A stretch of DNA of 32,000 bases from NCBI RefSeq assembly GCF_000341395.1, contig NC_020304.1:3300001-3332000 (forward strand). Direction: 5' to 3'. Source of the stretch: Desulfocapsa sulfexigens DSM 10523. GTDB lineage: Bacteria > Desulfobacterota > Desulfobulbia > Desulfobulbales > Desulfocapsaceae. The notes beneath the pieces were generated by a model. The model was not told where the DNA came from. It searched no databases and saw only the letters and a list, made by a program, of their open reading frames with translations. Made by a program: the position numbers and the translations under genes. This document shows positions 1 to 8,033 of the stretch, one piece after another (the first letter of the stretch is position 1; every line of letters begins with the position of its first letter).

Positions 1-1
1 G

Positions 2-109
2 GAATTACGCAAACGTCACAAACTGCAGATACCTGAAGAGGATTATCCAGAACTTGCAACCCTTGACTCATGTGTTAACTACCTGGAACCCCTTCTTGCC
101 GACGCATAG
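2..109 (+). CDS. C-terminal fragment of an acyl carrier protein-like (phosphopantetheine-binding) protein; the 5' end lies outside the window
   Basis: Frame 2 is open from the window edge to TAG at 107-109 and reads ELRKRHKLQIPEEDYPELATLDSCVNYLEPLLADA. The x-IPEED...TL...V-YL pattern resembles ACP helices III/IV (compare E. coli AcpP ...[24 protein letters not shown]). It is absent from the ORF track because no start codon lies in the window. Confidence 0.5.
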   Translation, partial: ELRKRHKLQIPEEDYPELATLDSCVNYLEPLLADA

Positions 110-112
110 CAG

Positions 113-1498
113 GTGCATGTTCCTCTGTTAATTATCGGCGGTGGTCTTTCGGGACTTGCCGCCGCTGTCCGTTTTTCCCGTTTCATTCCAGACGTTCTCC
201 TTCTCGAACAGCACTCCCGTGTTGGTGGGCTCAACTCCTATTACTATAGAAATAACAGACTGTTTGAAACTGGCCTTCATGCAATCACAAACTATGCTGC
301 GCCAAAAGAAAAAAACGCGCCATTAAACCGTCTCCTCAGACAGTTAAAAATAAAACGTAATGAACTCGAACTGCACCAGCAGAATCAAAGTGAAATTCGT
401 TTTTCAGGGCAGGAATCCCTTCTCTTTTCGAATGATTTCTCTCTTCTTGAAACAGAAATTGCCGAGAAATTTCCCGCCAGTTATGATGGATTCCAGCGAC
501 TGTTGCAGCTGATAGATGAATATGACCCATTTAAGCCACTTCCTTTCATATCTGCCAAACAGGTACTTCAGCAGCACCTTCACAATTCACTCCTGACGGA
601 CATGCTACTCTGCCCCCTGATGTACTACGGCTCCTCCATAGAAAATGATATGGATCTTGGCCAATTTGTTATTATGTTCAGGGCAATTTTTCTGGAAGGG
701 ATGTTTCGGCCCGGCGGAACCATCAAGGACCTCCTTGACCTCCTGTTAAGTCATTATAAAAAAAATGGTGGTGAGATCAGAACCCGTGCCAAAGTCTCTA
801 AAATTCTCCAAAATAACAGGAAAGTCCATGGCGTTCTTCTAGATGATGGTGAGGAAATCAGCTGTGATTATCTACTTTCTACCGTTGGCTCAGAAGAAAC
901 CTTTAGCCTTCTTGGAAAATCATCCGGGATTCAATCAATGCCGCGACTTGGCTTCGTTGAAACTATTTTTGAAATAGATCCCTCCACAAACCTGCCGCTT
1001 GCCCATAACCGTACTATAATCTTTTTCAATAATGAAGAGAGGTTCTCCTACCAGCAACCCGATCAACTTGTGGACTACAAATCAGGGGTAATCTGTATGC
1101 CTCAGAACTTCGAGAATCTTCCCTTTTCCACTTTCAGAGAAGTACGAACCACTCATCTCGCCAGATATGAAGATTGGAAAGAGCTTGAAAAGGAAACAAC
1201 TTCATACAAAAAAGCAAAGGATGTAACAGCCCTCACATCCCTTTCCGTCGCTGAGAAAATTCTTGGTAATTTTGGCTCAGATATAGTATATCGTGATACT
1301 TTCACCCCGCTCACTATTGAACGCTTTACTGCCAAAATAAAGGGGGCGATTTACGGCAACCCTATTAAGATAAAAGATGGTGATATTGGTTATGACAATC
1401 TTTACCTGGCTGGAACCGACCAGGGATTTCTCGGTATTATCGGCTCCATGTTAAGCGGGGTATCCATTGTCAATCAGCATATCCTGCCACGCCTGTAG
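113..1498 (+). CDS. NAD(P)/FAD-dependent oxidoreductase, phytoene desaturase (CrtI)-like family
   Basis: 461-aa ORF with a GTG start 3 nt after the ACP stop. It has an N-terminal Rossmann dinucleotide motif (LLIIGGGLSGLAAA...LLLEQHSRVGG) and a C-terminal GTDQG-type motif typical of amine-oxidase/CrtI-fold flavoenzymes. Confidence 0.8.
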   Translation: MHVPLLIIGGGLSGLAAAVRFSRFIPDVLLLEQHSRVGGLNSYYYRNNRLFETGLHAITNYAAPKEKNAPLNRLLRQLKIKRNELELHQQNQSEIRFSGQESLLFSNDFSLLETEIAEKFPASYDGFQRLLQLIDEYDPFKPLPFISAKQVLQQHLHNSLLTDMLLCPLMYYGSSIENDMDLGQFVIMFRAIFLEGMFRPGGTIKDLLDLLLSHYKKNGGEIRTRAKVSKILQNNRKVHGVLLDDGEEISCDYLLSTVGSEETFSLLGKSSGIQSMPRLGFVETIFEIDPSTNLPLAHNRTIIFFNNEERFSYQQPDQLVDYKSGVICMPQNFENLPFSTFREVRTTHLARYEDWKELEKETTSYKKAKDVTALTSLSVAEKILGNFGSDIVYRDTFTPLTIERFTAKIKGAIYGNPIKIKDGDIGYDNLYLAGTDQGFLGIIGSMLSGVSIVNQHILPRL

Positions 1499-1541
1499 TA
1501 AACACTTTCTTTTATAATCTCAGACCCTACAATGTATCATT

Positions 1542-2951
1542 ATGCCTGTTTCTTTCTCTCAAGCCGCTGATAAATATGATGTTGTAATTATTGGTTCCGG
1601 TCTTGGAGGCCTTACTTCCGCTAACCGCCTTGCTTACTGCGGATACAAAGTGCTTCTCCTTGAATACCACAACCAGCTTGGAGGCCTTGCCACCTGGTTC
1701 AAACGTAAGGGACATATCTTTGATGTTTCCCTCCATGGATTCCCCTACGGTATGGTGAAAACCTGTAAAAAGTACTGGAACAGGGAAATAATGAACTCCA
1801 TTGTTCAATTAAAAGACATAATTTTTGACAATCCCCAGTTTCACCTGAAAACTACCTTCGACAGGGTGGATTTCACAGAAAAGCTCAACAGACAATTTAA
1901 AATATCCCAAACGGTTATTGATTCTTTCTTCTCCCGTGTTGCCGGAATGAATTTCTATGATGATCAGTCCATGACAACCAGGGAACTATTCAATGAGTTT
2001 TTCCCTGGACGCAGTGACGTTCACAGGCTGCTGATGGAACCAATCAGTTACGCAAACGGCTCCACTCTTGATGATCCTGCCATTACCTATGGTATTGTTT
2101 TTTCAAACTTTATGAACAAGGGTGTATTTACCTTCGAAGGAGGAACGGACAAACTCATAGCAATGATGACAACCGAGCTTGAAAAAAATGGCGTTACAAT
2201 CTGTACAAATGCTAAGGTTGATCGCATCGTTGTTGAAAAGGGTGTTGTCAGAGGCGTTGAATGTAATGGCAGAATGATCGAAACGGCTTCAGTTGTTTCT
2301 AACTCTGGAATTACGAACACCATTTACAACCTTGCCGACAGAGATGCATTCTCCGATGATTTCATGGAAAAAGCTGATAAAATCCGGGTCAACAATTCGT
2401 CCTGCCAGGTCTATATGGGCATAAAAAAAGATGAGCGAATCAACGACATAGGTGACCTACTCTTCACTTCCACCGCAGAAGAGTTCGATTCATCAGAACT
2501 ACTCGACTTTAAAACAAAATCTAAAACTTTTTCCGTATATTACCCAAAGACCAGACCAGGGCATAACCGCTACACAATAGTTGCCTCAATGAACTCTAAT
2601 TTTGACGACTGGAAAGACTTTACCGATGAGGAGTATGCTCTCGAGAAAGACGCACTCATTGAGCGTACTCTTATTGACTTGAATCGCTATTTTCCCGATG
2701 CCAAAGAAAAAATGGACTGGATAGAGGCTGCGACACCACGAACATTTAACAGATACACCCTGCATACTCACGGAACATCGTTTGGAACCAAATTTGAAGG
2801 TCTCGATGTCTCCAGAAATATTTTCAAAGAGGTAGGTGGACTTTTTCATGTCGGTTCTGTTGGAATTATAATGTCCGGATGGCTGGGTGCTATTAATTAC
2901 GGAGTCATTGTGTCAAATGATGTCGATGCGTATATGCGAAGCCGGGATTAA
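1542..2951 (+). CDS. second NAD(P)/FAD-dependent oxidoreductase, phytoene desaturase (CrtI)-like family
   Basis: 469-aa ORF. The N-terminus reads YDVVIIGSGLGGLTSANRLAYCGYKVLLLEYHNQLGG (GxGxxG followed by an acidic residue at the end of beta2). Its length and layout parallel the preceding paralogue. Confidence 0.8.
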   Translation: MPVSFSQAADKYDVVIIGSGLGGLTSANRLAYCGYKVLLLEYHNQLGGLATWFKRKGHIFDVSLHGFPYGMVKTCKKYWNREIMNSIVQLKDIIFDNPQFHLKTTFDRVDFTEKLNRQFKISQTVIDSFFSRVAGMNFYDDQSMTTRELFNEFFPGRSDVHRLLMEPISYANGSTLDDPAITYGIVFSNFMNKGVFTFEGGTDKLIAMMTTELEKNGVTICTNAKVDRIVVEKGVVRGVECNGRMIETASVVSNSGITNTIYNLADRDAFSDDFMEKADKIRVNNSSCQVYMGIKKDERINDIGDLLFTSTAEEFDSSELLDFKTKSKTFSVYYPKTRPGHNRYTIVASMNSNFDDWKDFTDEEYALEKDALIERTLIDLNRYFPDAKEKMDWIEAATPRTFNRYTLHTHGTSFGTKFEGLDVSRNIFKEVGGLFHVGSVGIIMSGWLGAINYGVIVSNDVDAYMRSRD

Positions 2952-2954
2952 TAA

Positions 2955-3695
2955 ATGATGAATTTTCAAGGACAAAAAGTTGTAGTCAGTGGGGCAAGCC
3001 GCGGAATTGGCAAGGCAATAAGTCTTGAATTTCTCGAACAGGGGGCCACGGTAATAGGAGTATATGCCGGAAACACAGCGGCTGCCCAGTCATTTATATC
3101 CGAATGCGAGCGTTTTGATGGCCGCCTGCAGCTTCACCAATGTAACGTCGCTGATGCTGATCAGGTCGCAAGTTTTTTCAATGCTGTTGAGAAGCAATTT
3201 GATTATATTGATATTCTAATCAATAATGCAGGAATCCGTCGTGATAAATTACTGGCCCTCATGGATCAGAGCAGCTGGCAACAGGTAATCGATATTAACC
3301 TCACCGGCACCTTCAACATGTGCCGCGGTGCAGTACTCCTAATGCTGAAAAAGAAATACGGCCGTATCATCAACATCACCTCCCCTGTTGCAACGCTCGG
3401 CTTTGCCGGACAAACAAACTACGGTGCATCAAAGGCCGGCCAGATTGGTCTTACAAGAAGTTTATCAAAGGAAACAGCACGAAAAAAAATCACCGTCAAC
3501 TGCGTTTCCCCTGGTTTTATTGACACCGAACTCATTGACGATCTCACTCCCGAGCAGGTCAAGGCGTACAAAAAAAGTGTCCCCATGCGAAGATTTGGAA
3601 CAGTTGCTGAAGTTGCAAGCGCTGTACTCTTTTTAGCGTCGAAAGATGCAGCATATATAACTGGGACGGTACTTGATGTTAATGGAGGCCTTTAG
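2955..3695 (+). CDS. fabG: 3-oxoacyl-ACP reductase-like short-chain dehydrogenase (FabG family)
   Basis: 246 aa with classical SDR motifs: GASRGIGKAI (TGxxxGIG), NNAG, and YGASKAG (catalytic YxxxK). The start lies 3 nt after the upstream stop. Confidence 0.88.
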   Translation: MMNFQGQKVVVSGASRGIGKAISLEFLEQGATVIGVYAGNTAAAQSFISECERFDGRLQLHQCNVADADQVASFFNAVEKQFDYIDILINNAGIRRDKLLALMDQSSWQQVIDINLTGTFNMCRGAVLLMLKKKYGRIINITSPVATLGFAGQTNYGASKAGQIGLTRSLSKETARKKITVNCVSPGFIDTELIDDLTPEQVKAYKKSVPMRRFGTVAEVASAVLFLASKDAAYITGTVLDVNGGL

Positions 3696-4140
3696 GCAGG
3701 CAATGCATGACATTAAAATAACAGATCTCATTCCACATCGTCCCCCATTCCTCTGGGTTGACACCATTGTTGAGTTTGCAGATTCGACTCTTATCACCGA
3801 GAAAACGATTTCTGAAAATCTTGAAGTTTTTAAAGGCCATTATCCCGACCATCCTATACTCCCAGGAGTTCTCCTCTGTGAAGGACTCTTTCAGACCGGT
3901 GCTCTTCTTATTGCTCTGCTTCAAAAAGACTCTGGACAAGTTCTTGATGGTGTTCCGGTTTTGACAAGGATTGAAGGTGTTAAATTCAAACGTTCTGTTT
4001 ACCCTGGTAATACCATCTGGATGAAAGTAACCCTCAAAGAAAAGATTGGAGGGGCATGGTTTCTCAAGGGTACTCTACGAGTAAATAATAAAGTCGCTGT
4101 GCAGGCCAATTTTGCCTGTACTTTAGCTCCAACGAAATGA
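3673..4140 (+). CDS. FabZ/FabA-like 3-hydroxyacyl-ACP dehydratase (hotdog fold)
   Basis: Contains LIPHRPPFLWVD and GHYPDHPILPGVLLCE, which match the FabZ signature (PHRxPFLLVD ... GHFPxxPxxPGVL). The track start at 3673 (TTG) overlaps fabG. The ATG at 3703 (MHDIKITDLIPHRPPF), downstream of GGAGG at 3684-3688, is an equally plausible start. Confidence 0.85.
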   Translation: MMLMEAFRQAMHDIKITDLIPHRPPFLWVDTIVEFADSTLITEKTISENLEVFKGHYPDHPILPGVLLCEGLFQTGALLIALLQKDSGQVLDGVPVLTRIEGVKFKRSVYPGNTIWMKVTLKEKIGGAWFLKGTLRVNNKVAVQANFACTLAPTK

Positions 4141-4328
4141 AGACACCACAGGATCTTGAACCCTTATTTGTCTGTATTTTTTGTGAAGAACAACGGGCCG
4201 AACTGCGCGGTCGTTGACACAATGGTACCGTAATCTGCACGGCGTGCGGAATGGAAGTCCCTTTATCATTTTACCAGGAGCAACTAGACAGTCATATACG
4301 GTATTTGTGTAAAATTGCAGAAGATTGA
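4137..4328 (+). CDS. small dual-CXXC zinc-ribbon ORF (63 codons) interrupted by an in-frame TGA at 4215-4217. It may be a selenoprotein, a readthrough product or a pseudogene.
   Basis: The ATG at 4137 overlaps the FabZ-like stop (ATGA). The translation is MKTPQDLEPLFVCIFCEEQRAELRGR-TGA-HNGTVICTACGMEVPLSFYQEQLDSHIRYLCKIAED-TGA. The two CXXC knuckles lie 17 residues apart in the same frame on either side of the TGA. Confidence 0.35.
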
Positions 4329-4353
4329 CCTTTCTGTATAGGTAATATATAAA
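4325..4353 (+). promoter_or_regulatory. candidate sigma70 promoter: TTGACC-N17-TATAAA
   Basis: The -35 TTGACC lies at 4325-4330, followed by a 17-nt spacer and a -10 TATAAA at 4348-4353. The predicted start near 4360 coincides with the first base of the outer helix of the structured element. Confidence 0.45.
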
Positions 4354-4360
4354 ACAACCT

Positions 4361-4532
4361 GATTACCACTAATCCTCAGCCTACCCATTTGAGGAGGTGT
4401 TGTTTCGTGTTGATTATATGGGCATCTGCGGCCTGGACGGCCGCAGCAGAGCCCCCAGGGATGGGTTTATGGCGTCCCATATAATCGACACGGAACAACT
4501 CCGGGTTGCAAAGCTGAGTTTCGATGGTAATC
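4361..4532 (+). ncRNA. candidate structured RNA, structured tolQ leader, or nested-palindrome element; family not recognised
   Basis: Nested complementary segments:
- 4361-4368 GATTACCA pairs with 4525-4532 TGGTAATC.
- 4375-4380 CTCAGC pairs with 4513-4518 GCTGAG.
- 4383-4386 ACCC pairs with 4503-4506 GGGT.
- 4399-4422 pairs with 4476-4499 as a 24-bp helix. Its only two non-Watson-Crick positions are G-U on the + strand.
- An apical GC-rich hairpin runs 4426-4433 / 4439-4446. Confidence 0.35.
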
Positions 4533-4589
4533 AAGTAAAATAAACAATTCTCGTACCTCTCATCTCACATTTTCAAGGAACTGCAAACA

Positions 4590-5291
4590 GTGCAACTCTC
4601 AATTTCAGATATGATCATGCATGCCGGCCCCATGGGCCAGATGGTAATGCTCACCCTGTTGATTTTTTCTCTCACCTCCTGGTCTATTATTTTTATGAAG
4701 ACCAGAATGTATAAAAAGGCCATCAGGGAAACCGATAATTTTCTCGAGGTGTTCTGGTCTTCAAAAACCTTAAATGATGCCAACAATGCAGCAGAGGAAC
4801 ACCCATTAAGTCCAGAAGCTTCTGTTTTTCAGGCAGGGTTTTCCGAACTCCAAAAAATTAATAAAATTCGGAATCGTGAAGAAGGCAGTAACGGTAACGA
4901 GCCTCTTGAAATGCAGCTTGCCACCATGGACAATCTCAAGCGAGCCATCCGAAAGGCAGAGTCACAGGAAATAGCTATTCTCGGAAAATCCCTTCCATTT
5001 CTCGCAACCACAGGATCTGCAACCCCTTTTATCGGTTTGTTTGGTACCGTCTGGGGGATCATGGCATCATTTCATGATATTGGCCTACGTGGGTCGGCAT
5101 CGCTCGCCGTTGTTGCTCCAGGGATATCGGAAGCGCTCGTAGCTACCGCCGCAGGTCTTGCAGTCGCAATTCCTGCAGTTATTGCCTATAATTATTTTTC
5201 CAACCAGCTTGGCGATATTGAGATTGAAATGCAAAATTTTTCAACTGACTTCCTCAATCTGGTAGAAAGAGACCTTCTCAGCAGGGTATAG
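4590..5291 (+). CDS. tolQ: Tol-Pal system proton-channel protein TolQ (MotA/TolQ/ExbB family)
   Basis: 233 aa with three TM segments and the conserved C-terminal LATTGSATPFIGLFGTVWGIM...ALVATAAGL motif. It is followed by tolR-tolA-tolB. The start is GTG at 4590, with ATG at 4608 as an alternative. Confidence 0.9.
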   Translation: MQLSISDMIMHAGPMGQMVMLTLLIFSLTSWSIIFMKTRMYKKAIRETDNFLEVFWSSKTLNDANNAAEEHPLSPEASVFQAGFSELQKINKIRNREEGSNGNEPLEMQLATMDNLKRAIRKAESQEIAILGKSLPFLATTGSATPFIGLFGTVWGIMASFHDIGLRGSASLAVVAPGISEALVATAAGLAVAIPAVIAYNYFSNQLGDIEIEMQNFSTDFLNLVERDLLSRV

Positions 5292-5299
5292 GAATCACA

Positions 5300-5719
5300 A
5301 TGGGATTTAATACTGGTAACAAAAGAAGCCGCCTGGTTTCAGACATCAATGTAACCCCTTTGGTCGACGTAATGCTTGTCTTGCTGATCATTTTTATGGT
5401 TACTGCCCCCATGATGACCCAGGGTCTGGAGGTAGACCTCCCCGAAACCACGGCTAAGTCTCTGCGCCAGAAAGAAGAACCAGTTATTGTTACACTTGAT
5501 AAAGATGGGAAAATACTGCTTGGAAAAATTGAAGTGAGCCAGACAATGTTTCGTCAGCAACTCGAAAAACAGCACGGGAAAAACACGGAACAGCCAATTT
5601 TTTTAAAGGCCGACAAAAATGTTGCTTACGGAGTGGTTGTTGCCCTGATGGCTGACATTAAGTCCGCTGGATTTGATAAACTTGGCATGATAACCGATCC
5701 GATAGAAGAACCCCGCTGA
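5300..5719 (+). CDS. tolR: Tol-Pal system protein TolR (ExbD/TolR family)
   Basis: 139 aa. The N-terminus SDINVTPLVDVMLVLLIIFMV is the ExbD/TolR TM signature with the conserved Asp. Its position after tolQ supports the call. Confidence 0.9.
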   Translation: MGFNTGNKRSRLVSDINVTPLVDVMLVLLIIFMVTAPMMTQGLEVDLPETTAKSLRQKEEPVIVTLDKDGKILLGKIEVSQTMFRQQLEKQHGKNTEQPIFLKADKNVAYGVVVALMADIKSAGFDKLGMITDPIEEPR

Positions 5720-5721
5720 TA

Positions 5722-6618
5722 GTGTTTAGAGAATATACAATGACTTCTTCTGCAAACAGCTGGAAACTCCCTTTTAACCTTGCTGTTCTCAGCCATGTGC
5801 TCATTTTGGCATCGGCCATTATTCTCCCCAAATACTTTCACAAAAAGCCTCTAATTCAAGAATTTCTTTCCGTTGATCTTGTCAATATTGCAGCCCCACT
5901 ACCATCAACCCCCCAGCCCACTCCCGCCCCTCCCCAGATAAAGCAGGAGGTCAAGCCCTCCTCAAGCCCACCACCTGCAGAAAGAAAAAAGACAGCCCCA
6001 ATAGTTCCCATCAGACCAACCGTTACCAAGGAAGTCATTCCTTCTCCAGTAGAAGCCATCTCAATCCAGCCACTCAAACGAAAGGTTAAGGTGAAAATCC
6101 CTAAAAACACAGCCAGTGAAACAAACAGGCAAAGGGATAGAGAACGTGAGAGACGGCAACTCCTGGAGGAAGCCAGACGTCAAAAGGCTCTCGCTGATGC
6201 TGAGGCAGCTGCCGCAAACGATGCCGTCAAAGCACTTAAGCAGCTGCTGCAGGCCGATTCTGTAACATCTGCAACTCAGACGGCGACTCAACCAACAACA
6301 ACGCGCTCTGGCGGAAATTCCAATACTGCCATTGAAAATCAATACATCGCCACCATCGGAAGCAGTCTCAATCAGCATTGGGCCCTGCCGGAAATTAAAC
6401 CCTGGAATCCTGATCTCTCTGCAACGGTCATTATCCATATTGCAAAAGATGGTAAAATTATCAATCACCGTTTTGAAAAACGCTCAGGCGATAGCGTCTA
6501 TGACCAATTTGTCAGCCGAACTATCCAGGACGCCAACCCTCTCCCGCCAATTCCCGGCGCAATGAAAGTATCTGATTTCACAATCGGCCTCCGTTTCACC
6601 CCCGGTCAGATTCGCTAA
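5722..6618 (+). CDS. tolA: TolA-like protein: N-terminal TM anchor, Pro/Lys/Glu-rich linker, TonB/TolA C-terminal domain
   Basis: It has a TM helix (LAVLSHVLILASAIILP), a Pro-rich stretch (PLPSTPQPTPAPPQIKQEVKPSSSPPP) and a charged helical region (RDRERERRQLLEEARRQKALADAEAAAA). The C-terminal domain ends in ...NPLPPIPG.... It sits between tolR and tolB. The start is GTG at 5722 or ATG at 5740. Confidence 0.68.
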   Translation: MFREYTMTSSANSWKLPFNLAVLSHVLILASAIILPKYFHKKPLIQEFLSVDLVNIAAPLPSTPQPTPAPPQIKQEVKPSSSPPPAERKKTAPIVPIRPTVTKEVIPSPVEAISIQPLKRKVKVKIPKNTASETNRQRDRERERRQLLEEARRQKALADAEAAAANDAVKALKQLLQADSVTSATQTATQPTTTRSGGNSNTAIENQYIATIGSSLNQHWALPEIKPWNPDLSATVIIHIAKDGKIINHRFEKRSGDSVYDQFVSRTIQDANPLPPIPGAMKVSDFTIGLRFTPGQIR

Positions 6619-6644
6619 CCATTATTGTATTCTAGTGAAAAAGG

Positions 6645-6672
6645 TTGACTGTAGTTCTTAAACACTTATAAT
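6645..6672 (+). promoter_or_regulatory. candidate internal sigma70 promoter ahead of tolB: TTGACT-N16-TATAAT
   Basis: TTGACT lies at 6645-6650 and TATAAT at 6667-6672, within the 98-nt tolA-tolB gap. Confidence 0.4.
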
Positions 6673-6716
6673 CTGATGCCTATAACTCTTCTTTTTCCAA
6701 CTACAAATTATCCCTT

Positions 6717-8003
6717 ATGAAATCACGATTCTTTTTATTTATTATTGTTTTACTTGCAGGCCTTCCTGCTCTCTCATCTGCAAAAGAGATTGCCTATATA
6801 GACATAAGCTCTCCAGATGCTCGGAAAATAAATATAGCAGTTCCCTGGTTTATAAATACTGCGCAACCAGAACGTCTTCAGCCTCTGGGGCGTGATCTTG
6901 CAGATACTTTAGCCAAATCACTTTCCTTCCATGGTATATTTTCTCTTATTGCCAGTGAACAATATGGAAAGCGTCAGGATGCCAACTGGAAATCTCTTGG
7001 CGCTGATTTTGTCGTTCTCGGCAATTATTCACTTTCTGCTACCGGAATTAACATGGAAATTCGTCTACTTGACGTTGCAGGGGGTGATATGCTCATGGGG
7101 AAACGCTATGATGGAAGCAGAAATCTTGAACAAAACATGCTGTTCCGCTTTTGCGATGCTGTTATCAAAGAAATGACAGGTCAGGATGGTATTGCTTCCA
7201 GTAAAATTGCTTTTGTGTCGGACGCAACTGGTTTTAAAGAGGTCTATGTAACTGATATTCTAGGAACAAACACCAGGCAAATAACTCGCCATAAAAATCT
7301 TGTTGTCTCACCGAGATTTTTGCCAGGCGGTAGGTATCTGACTTACACTTCCTACCATTCCGGCAATCAAAACCTCTACATAACCGACCTCGATCAGAAC
7401 ACAACAACTCGCCCTCTTTCCAGGCGTAGAGGAATGAACCTGGCCCCTGCGTGGTCACCAGATGGGACCAAAATGATTCTTACACTCAGTATGGATGGTA
7501 ATCCTGATCTTTTCCTCCTTGACAGGAAGGGAACGATTATAAAACAGCTAACCCAGCGTTCCGGTATTAACGTTTCACCGACCTGGGCTCCTGATGGCAA
7601 ACAGATTGCCTTTGTCTCCGACAGAAGTGGAACCCCTCAGATATATGTTATGAACCTGAGAGACAGTAAGGTGCAGAGAATAACTTTTCAGGGCCGGGAA
7701 AATGCCGAACCAAGCTGGTCCCCCAAAGGTGACCTGATAACATACTCAAGTCTTATTGAAGGAACATACCAGATATTCACCATTGCCCCGCTCCCTAATG
7801 CGCGGCCACAGCAGATAACCAACGACCCTGGACAGCACGAATCTCCGACCTGGTCTCCCGATGGCAAGCAAATCCTTTTCTCACTGCGTAAAGGGAAAAG
7901 TCAGAAAGTGTGTGCTATACTGAAAAATGGTTCTGTAATGAGACAATTATTCGAAATGCCGGGGAACCAAACCTATCCCCAATGGACCATCGACAACAAT
8001 TAA
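6717..8003 (+). CDS. tolB: Tol-Pal system beta-propeller protein TolB
   Basis: 428 aa with a signal peptide (LLAGLPALSSA). It carries repeated WSPDG / P-x-WSPDG blade motifs (APAWSPDG, SPTWAPDG, EPSWSPKG, SPTWSPDG) after an N-terminal TolB domain. Confidence 0.92.
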   Translation: MKSRFFLFIIVLLAGLPALSSAKEIAYIDISSPDARKINIAVPWFINTAQPERLQPLGRDLADTLAKSLSFHGIFSLIASEQYGKRQDANWKSLGADFVVLGNYSLSATGINMEIRLLDVAGGDMLMGKRYDGSRNLEQNMLFRFCDAVIKEMTGQDGIASSKIAFVSDATGFKEVYVTDILGTNTRQITRHKNLVVSPRFLPGGRYLTYTSYHSGNQNLYITDLDQNTTTRPLSRRRGMNLAPAWSPDGTKMILTLSMDGNPDLFLLDRKGTIIKQLTQRSGINVSPTWAPDGKQIAFVSDRSGTPQIYVMNLRDSKVQRITFQGRENAEPSWSPKGDLITYSSLIEGTYQIFTIAPLPNARPQQITNDPGQHESPTWSPDGKQILFSLRKGKSQKVCAILKNGSVMRQLFEMPGNQTYPQWTIDNN

Positions 8004-8033
8004 CTTTTTTATCCCTAACGCCATACTACTCAA

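Noticed and set aside
4361-4532. Whether the structured element is a 6S RNA or a retron msr/msd.
   Set aside because: A 6S RNA has paired ends and a central bubble, but it has irregular, bulged helices rather than a 24-bp near-perfect stem with a branched apex. I also see none of its typical sequence context. A retron would need a reverse transcriptase gene immediately downstream, and tolQ follows instead. Neither label can be supported.
4397-4543. A small ORF (41 aa from ATG 4418, or 48 aa from GTG 4397: ...MGICGLDGRSRAPRDGFMASHIIDTEQLRVAKLSFDGNQVK) running through the palindromic element, with GGAGG at 4393-4397.
   Set aside because: The Shine-Dalgarno spacing is wrong for every candidate start: 0-3 nt to GTG/TTG and 20 nt to ATG. 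The peptide has no recognisable motif or TM segment. The frame is largely dictated by the inverted repeats. It is most likely a fortuitous ORF, so it is mentioned only as an alternative.
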